Below are positions 1 through 7,649 of a DNA stretch of 64,000 nt, piece by piece (position 1 is the first letter of the stretch; each line of letters starts with the position of its first letter). Under the pieces are notes generated by a model. That model did not search any database, had not been told where the DNA came from, and worked only from the letters and a program-made list of their open reading frames with translations. Source of the stretch: an uncultured Gammaproteobacteria bacterium (GTDB lineage: Bacteria; Patescibacteriota; Microgenomatia; UBA8517); NCBI GenBank assembly GCA_964599625.1, contig CAZRGC010000003.1, positions 97,759 to 161,758 of the forward strand, written 5' to 3'. A program made the translations under genes and the position numbers.

Positions 1-1
1 G

Positions 2-361
2 GCAGACGCCGAAAAGATAACACTTCTTAAGTTCAATATAATTTACGAGCTTCTCAAAGAGATTGAGGAAATTATGAAAAAAGGAAAAGTGGTAGAAGTC
101 GGAAAGGCGGAGATATTGGCCATATTCCCGTTTGATAATAAAAAAGTTGCAGGCTCCAAAGTCATTTCCGGAAGAATCACCAAGGGTGACCAGATAATAT
201 TAAGACGGGCTGACAAAGATCTTGGTAAGGCAAAAGCAGTTTCTGTAAGAAAGGGGAAGCAAGAGGTGGGGTCGGTAGGACAAAGTGAAGAATTTGGCGT
301 TATTCTTGAACCACAGCTTGATTTTGCTGTAGGTGACGTGTTAGTATCCGTGGCGAAGTAA
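2..361 (+). CDS. infB: translation initiation factor IF-2, C-terminal fragment (gene starts upstream of window)
   Basis: The frame is open from base 2. The C-terminal beta-barrel region (…GKVVEVGKAEILAIF…VISGRITKGD…EEFGVILEPQLDFAVGDVL) matches the IF-2 C2 domain. The infB-rpsO-pnp neighbourhood is conserved. Confidence 0.8.
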   Translation, partial: ADAEKITLLKFNIIYELLKEIEEIMKKGKVVEVGKAEILAIFPFDNKKVAGSKVISGRITKGDQIILRRADKDLGKAKAVSVRKGKQEVGSVGQSEEFGVILEPQLDFAVGDVLVSVAK

Positions 362-379
362 ACCTGCCTCATTTAAGTA

Positions 380-1345
380 ATGGACAATACTCTATCTCAA
401 TTAATTGATTCGTCTTCATCTGTACTTATTATTTTGCCAACAAAACCGTACTTTGATCAGGTTGCTGCGGGGCTTTCGCTTTATTTATCTCTTAGGGATA
501 AGAAAGATGTGGCTATAACATGCCCAAGTCCAATGACAGTCGGATTTAATAGGCTCATAGGGGTTCAAAAGATTGTTTCTGAGGTTGGCAATAAGAATCT
601 AACAATTAGGTTTGCAGGATACGACGCCACAAACATTGAAAAGGTGAGTTATGATATCGAAAACGGTGAATTCAAACTAACTGTGGTTCCCAAGGTCGGT
701 TTCGATTCTCCTCAAAAGGAAAACTTGAACCTGAATTATTCAGGGATGTCTGCTGACCTTGTTATTTTGGTGGGTGGTGCCAACGAGACTCATTTTCCGG
801 TACTAACCTCACCTGATTTTAGTGTAGAAAAAATTGTTCATGTAGGCACAAGAGTTTTAACCACAACCCGTGAAGTCATGTCGCTTTCGAAACCGGGTTC
901 TTCTACCAGTGAAATTGTTGCCAACATAATTAAGACTAACGAGCTTGCAATGGACCCGGATATCGCAACCAATCTCATCATGGGTATAGAAGAGGGCAGC
1001 TCCCACTTTGAGAGTTCCGAAGTTCGTGCGGAAACCTTTGAGACTTTTGCTTTTCTTTTAAGAAATGGAGGAAGGAGAATGCCTAAAAACAAATTAAGTC
1101 CCATGAATTTTCCTCCAGGATCAATTCCCGGAGTACCCGTAGCCCAGCCAGGGATAAGGCTTCCAAAGATGCCACCGATGCCACCTTTGCAGACTCTACC
1201 TTCTTTTGATGAAGTTCTTGCTCCTGACATGGACTCAACCAAAGAGGAAGAATCTGAAATTGACCCCCCTGACGATTGGCTTCAGCCAAAAGTATTCAAA
1301 GGATCCGTTAACCAACCCGAGTCTTTTAGCGAGAACAAGGGTTAA
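380..1345 (+). CDS. DHH/NrnA-like phosphoesterase fold protein with degenerate catalytic motifs and a Pro-rich C-terminal tail
   Basis: The N-terminal pattern VLIILPTKPYFDQVAAGLSLYLSL…DLVILVGGAN resembles DHH motifs I-III of NrnA (IxHxxPDxDAxGS…DxvixvD) but lacks the His/Asp residues. A DHH gene commonly follows infB/rbfA. The C-terminus is PPGSIPGVPVAQPGIRLPKMPPMPP. Confidence 0.35.
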   Translation: MDNTLSQLIDSSSSVLIILPTKPYFDQVAAGLSLYLSLRDKKDVAITCPSPMTVGFNRLIGVQKIVSEVGNKNLTIRFAGYDATNIEKVSYDIENGEFKLTVVPKVGFDSPQKENLNLNYSGMSADLVILVGGANETHFPVLTSPDFSVEKIVHVGTRVLTTTREVMSLSKPGSSTSEIVANIIKTNELAMDPDIATNLIMGIEEGSSHFESSEVRAETFETFAFLLRNGGRRMPKNKLSPMNFPPGSIPGVPVAQPGIRLPKMPPMPPLQTLPSFDEVLAPDMDSTKEEESEIDPPDDWLQPKVFKGSVNQPESFSENKG

Positions 1346-1395
1346 ATTTCCCCATATGGTTTAAAATGAGATTTTCCTGATCACTTATAGATATT

Positions 1396-2013
1396 ATGGA
1401 CAAAAAAAATGACCCCGTAGGACATGGTTACGGAACAGATACCCAGAGAGTTATAGATACTTATGTTTCTAGTAGAGACATTGAAGAGTATAGAAGGAAC
1501 TTGGGTTTCGAAAACAAAGAATCTTTTTTAGCCAATATTCCCCAAGGTGCAGTACTGCTTGATATAGGTTCCGGTAACAATGAATTTTCCAGAAACATGA
1601 TGGATGTAAGACCTGACGTTAAGATATTTAACCTCAACCCCGCTTTGGCGGACAAAACAAATAGACTATTCAGCAAACGTTACAACAATTCCTCGAACGA
1701 TATAGCAGCAATTAATCCAGGGCTTCCTTACAAAGACGCTTCTTTTGATGTTGTTTTGGACTGCATGGCCAGTATTTACCGAGCAGATCCGATTTTTGGT
1801 ATGACGAGAGAGGAATCAAATTTACAAAAATTAAAGGAGGTTGTTAGGGTTCTTAAACCCAATGGCTTTGCAGCAGTGGGCCCCCTCTTGAGAGAAGACG
1901 AGATTGCAGAGTTAGTTGAGAATTCGAGACGCATTGGTGGTATTTCGGTTCAAAAAGCTAAAATTATCGAGCCTAACTTCCAAAGTTTTCATATCCGAAA
2001 ACTACCTCTTTGA
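1396..2013 (+). CDS. class I SAM-dependent methyltransferase
   Basis: Motif I LLDIGSGNN and the post-I acidic residue are present. VLKPNGF is a motif III-like element. Confidence 0.55.
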   Translation: MDKKNDPVGHGYGTDTQRVIDTYVSSRDIEEYRRNLGFENKESFLANIPQGAVLLDIGSGNNEFSRNMMDVRPDVKIFNLNPALADKTNRLFSKRYNNSSNDIAAINPGLPYKDASFDVVLDCMASIYRADPIFGMTREESNLQKLKEVVRVLKPNGFAAVGPLLREDEIAELVENSRRIGGISVQKAKIIEPNFQSFHIRKLPL

Positions 2014-2114
2014 ACTCAGCCTTGAGTTGTGGTAAAATACCCAAGATGAAAACAAGGTTTTCTCTGAAATGAGGCTACTTTGTTTAACATGACGAATAGT
2101 CTTTCAAGACAACT

Positions 2115-2384
2115 ATGGCACTAGCCAAAGATCACAAACAAGACATTATCAAGAAGTTTTCCCGCGAAAAGGGTGATACAGGTTCTCCTGAAGTTCAGGT
2201 TGCGCTTCTTACCATCCAAATTGAAAAACTCGTAGGGCATCTTAAGGAACACAAAAAGGACGTTCATTCCAGACGTGGACTTTTGTCCATGGTTGCCAAA
2301 AGGCGCAGGCTTTTGAACTATCTTAGAAGAAGAGATGAAGAAAGATACAAAAAGCTTATTGAGGAATTGAAATTAGAGAAGTAA
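2115..2384 (+). CDS. rpsO: 30S ribosomal protein S15
   Basis: An 89-aa protein whose sequence …[39 protein letters not shown] is canonical S15. It lies upstream of pnp. Confidence 0.95.
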   Translation: MALAKDHKQDIIKKFSREKGDTGSPEVQVALLTIQIEKLVGHLKEHKKDVHSRRGLLSMVAKRRRLLNYLRRRDEERYKKLIEELKLEK

Positions 2385-2402
2385 AATACAAACAGTAGGT
2401 TT

Positions 2403-2456
2403 GAGGTTGAAGATGGTGTCCCGCAACGGCGGGACTTCAGAATACAACCTTCAACT
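2403..2456 (+). promoter_or_regulatory. rpsO-pnp intercistronic stem-loop (nested hairpin)
   Basis: The inner perfect hairpin is gtcccgc-aacg-gcgggac (2418-2435). It is enclosed by gttgaag (2406-2412) pairing with cttcaac (2449-2455). The position is analogous to the RNase III-processed pnp leader of model bacteria. Confidence 0.5.
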
Positions 2457-2470
2457 TACCCCAGAATTAC

Positions 2471-4825
2471 ATGAAGAAAATAACAAAATCTTTAGAGCTC
2501 GGAGGAAAAACTCTGACTCTTACCACAGGTGAACTTGCAGAACAGGCAGCGGGTGCAGTTCTCGCTAGAATGGGCGACACAGTCGTATTGGCAACAGTGG
2601 CCGCAGCTCCACTCAAGATGGAAATGGATTATTTTCCACTTACAGTTGAATACCTCGAAAGACTTTATGCCGGTGGACGTATCAAAGGCAGTAAATGGGT
2701 CAAAAAAGAAGGAAGGCCCACAGATGAGGAAATTCTTTCCGCGAGACTTATAGACAGATCCATAAGACCCCTTTTCCCCAAGACCTACAAAAAAGAAGTT
2801 CAGGTGATTGTCACTGTAATGGCTGTGGACATGGAAAATGACCCTGCCATTTTGGGTGCAATCGCGGCTTCGGCAGCTGTTCACGTTTCTACACTTCCCT
2901 GGAAAGGTCCAGTTGCTCCACTTACGGTTGGACTTATAAACGGAGAGTACAAGATTAACCCGTCAAATTCAGAGATGGAAAATTCACTTATGGATCTTAC
3001 AGTTTCTTCGACAAAAGAGGCTGTTCTCATGATCGAGGCAGGAGCCAAAGAAGTAACAGAAGAGCAAATTGTGGGAGGAGTTGAATTTGCACAGAAAGAA
3101 TCTAAAGCGGTTTTGGCTTTTATTGAAGAACTTGCAAAAGAGGCAGGTAGGGACAGAGAAACATATGTTCCCGAAAAACCTTCTGCTGAACTTGAAAAAC
3201 AAGTAGAAAAACTGGTTGGAGACAAAATTGCGGGTGTTGTTGAAAGCTTGGTTAGTGTAGAAAACGGAAGATCTACAGAGCTTCAGGATTTGATTGACGC
3301 AGTTGTTGCAAATGTTACGGAGGAAGATGCTAAATGGGTTCCTGAGATTGTTGACCATATGAAGAAAGATTATATTCGTAGTCAGATTCTCAAAAAAGGA
3401 AAAAGACCAGACGGCAGGAAACTCACGGAAGTCAGAAAACTTTCTGGTGAGGTTGGCTATTTACCCAGAGTTCACGGTTCGGCTTTGTTCAAAAGAGGGC
3501 AGACACATGTCTTGTCTGTAGCTACGCTTGGTGCTCAGTCAATGGGACTCCTTTTGGAATCTGCAGAAGGCGAAGTCGAAAAAAGATATATGCACCAATA
3601 TTCCATGCCTCCTTATGCCAGCGGTGAGGTTGGAAGATTTGGTAACGCAGGAAGACGCGAAATTGGACACGGTGCTCTCGCAGAACGTGCACTTACACCG
3701 GTAATTCCTTCTCAGGATGAGTTCCCTTACACAATAAGAGTGGTATCAGAAGTTATGAGTTCAAATGGTTCGACTTCAATGGCTTCTGTTGTTGGTTCTA
3801 CATTGTCACTCATGGATGCAGGTGTACCCATAAAAGCTCCTGTTGCAGGTATTGCAATGGGTCTCATTATCGAAAACGAAAAAGAATTTGCGGTTCTTTC
3901 GGATATCATGGGCATCGAGGACTTCAACGGTGATATGGATTTCAAAGTGGCAGGCACCGATAACGGAATTACAGCACTTCAGCTTGATGTTAAGACCCTA
4001 AACCTTACCAAAGAAATTCTGGAGAAAGCACTTGAACAGTCCAAGGATGCAAGGTCCCAAGTGATGAAAGCCATCAAGGACACTTTGGCTGAACCCAGAA
4101 CTACAGTCTCGGAATATGCACCCAAGATTAAAGTGGTTAAGATTCCAGTTGAGAAGATTGGGGAATTTATAGGCCCAAGCGGAAAGAATATCAAAAAGCT
4201 TATGGCTGACACAGGGTGTCAGGTGGACGTTGAAGACGATGGAAGTGTTGCTATATCTGGAGTTGACCCGGACAAGATGCAGCAGGCGGTTGCATTTGTA
4301 GAAGGTTTTGCAAAAGTCGTGCAACCTGGAGAAATTTATGAAGGTGAAGTCGTGAGACTTATGTCATTCGGGGCATTTGTAAATATTTTGCCCGGCAAAG
4401 ACGGCATGGTGCATGTTTCAGACATGGGCCAGGAGGGATTTGTTAAAGATGCAGGAGATGTTGTAAGCATTGGACAAAAAGTTCAAGTTAGAGTTAAAGA
4501 AGTTGACGATATGGGAAGAATCAATCTTTCTATGAATATGGATCCTGCAATGGATGAAAAGATCAAAGCTGAAAGACAAGCAAAGTTTGGTGACAGAGGC
4601 GGCAGAGGTGGCGGACGAGGTGGATTTGGCGGAGGTCGCGGCGGATTTGGAGGCGGCAGAGGTGGCGGACGAGGTGGATTTGGCGGAGGTCGCGGCGGAT
4701 TTGGAGGCGGCAGAGGAAGAAGTTTTGACAGAGCCGATAGGGGTGCAAGTGGGGGACCACATTTTCCTGCATCCAGATTAATGGGTGACAATAATTCTTC
4801 GGGTGGCAACGACTTCGGAAGATAA
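2471..4825 (+). CDS. pnp: polynucleotide phosphorylase with C-terminal RGG/Gly-Arg-rich extension
   Basis: Two RNase PH domains (…RPDGRKL…GSALFKRGQT…; …FNGDMDFKVAGT…), a KH domain and an S1 domain are all present. An extra ~90 aa follows: GDRGGRGGGRGGFGGGRGGFGGGRGGGRGGFGGGRGGFGGGRGRSFDRADRG. Confidence 0.95.
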   Translation: MKKITKSLELGGKTLTLTTGELAEQAAGAVLARMGDTVVLATVAAAPLKMEMDYFPLTVEYLERLYAGGRIKGSKWVKKEGRPTDEEILSARLIDRSIRPLFPKTYKKEVQVIVTVMAVDMENDPAILGAIAASAAVHVSTLPWKGPVAPLTVGLINGEYKINPSNSEMENSLMDLTVSSTKEAVLMIEAGAKEVTEEQIVGGVEFAQKESKAVLAFIEELAKEAGRDRETYVPEKPSAELEKQVEKLVGDKIAGVVESLVSVENGRSTELQDLIDAVVANVTEEDAKWVPEIVDHMKKDYIRSQILKKGKRPDGRKLTEVRKLSGEVGYLPRVHGSALFKRGQTHVLSVATLGAQSMGLLLESAEGEVEKRYMHQYSMPPYASGEVGRFGNAGRREIGHGALAERALTPVIPSQDEFPYTIRVVSEVMSSNGSTSMASVVGSTLSLMDAGVPIKAPVAGIAMGLIIENEKEFAVLSDIMGIEDFNGDMDFKVAGTDNGITALQLDVKTLNLTKEILEKALEQSKDARSQVMKAIKDTLAEPRTTVSEYAPKIKVVKIPVEKIGEFIGPSGKNIKKLMADTGCQVDVEDDGSVAISGVDPDKMQQAVAFVEGFAKVVQPGEIYEGEVVRLMSFGAFVNILPGKDGMVHVSDMGQEGFVKDAGDVVSIGQKVQVRVKEVDDMGRINLSMNMDPAMDEKIKAERQAKFGDRGGRGGGRGGFGGGRGGFGGGRGGGRGGFGGGRGGFGGGRGRSFDRADRGASGGPHFPASRLMGDNNSSGGNDFGR
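4598..4714 (+). repeat. perfect 54-nt tandem duplication (2 copies plus 9-nt partial third) inside the pnp 3' coding region
   Basis: Bases 4598-4651 are identical to 4652-4705 (ggcggcagaggtggcggacgaggtggatttggcggaggtcgcggcggatttgga). The unit is in frame and encodes GGRGGGRGGFGGGRGGFG twice. Confidence 0.9.
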
Positions 4826-4846
4826 TCTTCATTGCCTAAGATTTAG

Positions 4847-5929
4847 GTGATACACTGGAAAGGAATTTTTTTTAAATTTGTTATGGATACTGCCGCACAA
4901 GAAATAAACGTACTTATAGAAAAAGTTAAGGCCTCGGATATGCCCGACAAACTTCGTGAGAGAGTGATGGTAAGACTTAGTCAGTTGGCAAAACTTACAA
5001 ATTCCCCATCTTTTTTGCCAGAATTCGACAGCATGGTCAAATATATTGATTGGATAACAATTCTTCCTTGGAACAAAAGAACTAAAGATGTTTTGGATCT
5101 AGCTAACGCCGCAAAAATTTTGGAAGAACATCATTACGGATTGGCCGAGCTAAAAGAGAGAGTTTTGGAGTACATGAGTGTTATGAAACTTAAAACAGAG
5201 CGCGGAGAAAGTGCAGACATATATAGGGCCCCAATTCTTTGTTTTGTGGGACTTGTTGGTACAGGAAAGACAACGATCGCATATTCTATTGCCGAAGCTT
5301 TGGGACGCCCCATTGCCCGTATTCCTTTTGGAGGAATGGGAGACCCGCTTGATCTTCGTGGACAGTCTCGTATGCACCCCGAAGCAGAGCCGGGGAAGAT
5401 TATTAAAGCACTAAGAGACTGTCAGTCCAAAAATCCTGTCATACTTTTGGATGAAATCGACCGTGTCACAGAACAGGGTAGGGCTTCAATAATGGGTGTT
5501 TTGGTTGAGCTTTTGGACCCTAAACAGAATAAAGCTTTTACTGACCACTATTTAGATTTTCCAGTGGATTTATCCGAAGCATTGTTTATTGCGACAGCAA
5601 ACAACACAACCAATATAGCAACTGCTGTTATGGACAGAATCGAACCAATTTCCATGCCTTCATACTCAGATCAAGAAAAAATAGTAATTGCCAAAAAATA
5701 TATTCTGCCGCACGCGCTTAAAGCGTCAGGGCTTCCCGAGGGGTCTTTAACTATAGACGACGAAGTTTGGATTAATATTGTCCGTCCTTTGGGATTTGAT
5801 GCAGGTATCCGTACATTGGAAAGAAATATAGACGGCGTTGTGAGGAAAGTTGCAAGGTTAATGGTGGAAGGAAAAGCACAAACAGTAAGTGTTACCCCCC
5901 AGAACGTTAAACAATTCATGCCACAGTAA
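4847..5929 (+). CDS. Lon-like AAA+ ATPase module without LAN N-domain and without S16 protease domain
   Basis: The sequence is collinear with the Lon helical linker plus AAA+ module. It has YIDWITILPWNKRT, HYGLAELKERVLEY, Walker A GLVGTGKTT, Walker B ILLDEID, DPKQNKAFTDHYLDFPVDLS and AGIRTLER. The protein ends where the Lon protease domain would begin. The true start may be M4883 (MDTAAQ…). Confidence 0.8.
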   Translation: MIHWKGIFFKFVMDTAAQEINVLIEKVKASDMPDKLRERVMVRLSQLAKLTNSPSFLPEFDSMVKYIDWITILPWNKRTKDVLDLANAAKILEEHHYGLAELKERVLEYMSVMKLKTERGESADIYRAPILCFVGLVGTGKTTIAYSIAEALGRPIARIPFGGMGDPLDLRGQSRMHPEAEPGKIIKALRDCQSKNPVILLDEIDRVTEQGRASIMGVLVELLDPKQNKAFTDHYLDFPVDLSEALFIATANNTTNIATAVMDRIEPISMPSYSDQEKIVIAKKYILPHALKASGLPEGSLTIDDEVWINIVRPLGFDAGIRTLERNIDGVVRKVARLMVEGKAQTVSVTPQNVKQFMPQ

Positions 5930-5992
5930 TGTCACAAGAAAGCTATGCCGCAGTAACTCACTAAGTCTGCGACATAAAATTTACAAGCTATT

Positions 5993-6559
5993 TTGTTGTG
6001 TATAATGTTTGAAATGGCAGAGGTTGGATACAATGTTTACGCACAAGAACGAAGATATATAGAAACCCGTGTTGCTGAGATTACATTGGTGGAGCATATA
6101 GCAACAATGTATAAATCCATTCAAGACAATGTTACTACGGGTTGGCATTCTGTAAACAATACTCAAAACCAAATTCTGGACATATTGGCAAACGATTACA
6201 ATTCATGGCAATCGTTTCCTGAGCACCAAAATAAAGCAGGTTTGGACAGGGGCGCTCACGGTGAATACTTTATGAGACTGATTGGAGCCGGAATATTGGA
6301 GGATTTACCTCACAGATTTTTGTCAGAAGATGGAAAAGACATTTCGGGCGTAGAAATTCTCGCCACTCCTTCAGGAGACGACGGTGTAGGTATATTTGAT
6401 GTGACTTTTAAAATAGAATCAGGCAAAAAGAATGAATTTGGAAGGGTTAGAGTAAACGCAAGTATGCAATCACTTAGAGCTAGGATGAAAGATTTGTCCG
6501 AAGAGATGCGAATTTATAACGAAAGAATAAATGAAGGTAGGGGCGATTGGCAAAAATGA
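5993..6559 (+). CDS. hypothetical protein
   Basis: Supported only as an ORF with coding-like composition. No motif was recognised, and no Lon S16 protease motif (PKDGPSAG) is present. The start may be M6017. Confidence 0.35.
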   Translation: MLCIMFEMAEVGYNVYAQERRYIETRVAEITLVEHIATMYKSIQDNVTTGWHSVNNTQNQILDILANDYNSWQSFPEHQNKAGLDRGAHGEYFMRLIGAGILEDLPHRFLSEDGKDISGVEILATPSGDDGVGIFDVTFKIESGKKNEFGRVRVNASMQSLRARMKDLSEEMRIYNERINEGRGDWQK

Positions 6560-7032
6560 AAATATTAGTCATTTCTGACTCTCATGGACAAATTTCCAAC
6601 CTTGAACATATCTTGGGTTTTGCAAAAAAGATAGGCGCCGGGGCACTTATTCACTGTGGAGATTGGGATAATTTATCTTCCGTAGAAAAAGTTTTGGAGT
6701 CACAAATTCCGCTTTATTCAGTTTCTGGAAATGCCGATGTCGACCCCAGTATTAAAAAAAGACTAGAAGAAGGATCGGAAAAATATGGAGAAAACTTTCT
6801 GTATTTTGAGTTGGAAGGAAAAAAAATCGGAGTGACCCACAAACCTAAAGATGTTAAAAAATATTTTGAAAATAGTGGGGCAGATATAGTTTTTTGTGGA
6901 CATTTACACTCTGTAGACGACAATTTTGTTTCCGGAATCCGAGTTGTCAGACCCGGAGCGGTAAAATCAGGAATAAATATTGTTGTTTATGAAACAAAAA
7001 ATGGAGACCTAGAATTTATAAAAGATGAATGA
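6547..7032 (+). CDS. metallophosphoesterase, YfcE/MJ0936 family
   Basis: It has the calcineurin-like motifs ISDSHG, HCGDW, GNAD and GHLH, and a size of 161 aa. Confidence 0.8.
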   Translation: MAKMKILVISDSHGQISNLEHILGFAKKIGAGALIHCGDWDNLSSVEKVLESQIPLYSVSGNADVDPSIKKRLEEGSEKYGENFLYFELEGKKIGVTHKPKDVKKYFENSGADIVFCGHLHSVDDNFVSGIRVVRPGAVKSGINIVVYETKNGDLEFIKDE

Positions 7033-7615
7033 AAGTATAATTCACGAAAAATACAAAAAACTCCACGAGTTAAAAGACAAAATGGAAAAGGACGAATCTT
7101 TACCTTTGAAAAAGGGTGCCACCCGCCTTGTTTTTGGAACCGGTAACACAGAAGCAAAGATTTTATGTATTGGGGAAGGGCCGGGCTTTAATGAGGACCG
7201 AGAAGGTCTGCCTTTTGTGGGACAAGCAGGGAGGTTGTTGGATAAACTTTTACATCTTGCAGGCATCGAGCGCAAGACGGTATTTATAACAAACGTTGTT
7301 CATCACAGACCCCCTGAGAACCGTGACCCGTTGCCAGAAGAAATATCCGCTTACGGAAAATACCTGGACGAAATAATAAAAATAATAAATCCTAAAATGA
7401 TTATTACACTTGGAAGGTTTTCAATGGCAAAGTTTTTACCTGATGTATTTATTTCTCAGGTGCATGGTAAAAATTACAAAGTTGATTTTGGAGGCAGAAC
7501 AGTAACTATTGTGCCAATGTATCATCCCGCAGCAAGTTTGAGGAACGGCAATATTTTAGAAGCAGAAAAAAAAGATTTTTTAGAACTCGGAAAAATATTG
7601 CGGGATTTTAATTAA
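7025..7615 (+). CDS. uracil-DNA glycosylase, family 4-like
   Basis: Motif A GEGPG is followed by FVGQAGRLLD, and the C-terminal motif is HPAASLR. Confidence 0.75.
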   Translation: MNESIIHEKYKKLHELKDKMEKDESLPLKKGATRLVFGTGNTEAKILCIGEGPGFNEDREGLPFVGQAGRLLDKLLHLAGIERKTVFITNVVHHRPPENRDPLPEEISAYGKYLDEIIKIINPKMIITLGRFSMAKFLPDVFISQVHGKNYKVDFGGRTVTIVPMYHPAASLRNGNILEAEKKDFLELGKILRDFN

Positions 7616-7649
7616 ACCGATTATTGGGTACAATATAGATACTTCGAAA

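Noticed and set aside
838-1289. Minus-strand ORFs 838-1242 and 1083-1289
   Set aside because: They are antisense to the 380-1345 ORF, which sits in the conserved post-infB position. They have no independent support.
4598-4714. Tandem direct repeat considered as a CRISPR-like or minisatellite array
   Set aside because: There are only 2.2 copies. They are in-frame coding sequence with no spacers and no cas genes.
4483-4809. Pro-rich (PPNPPRPPP repeats) antisense ORF and an alternative-frame +ORF (4554-4781) over the pnp 3' end
   Set aside because: They are translations of the GGN-rich RGG repeat in other frames. The pnp frame is continuous and homologous.
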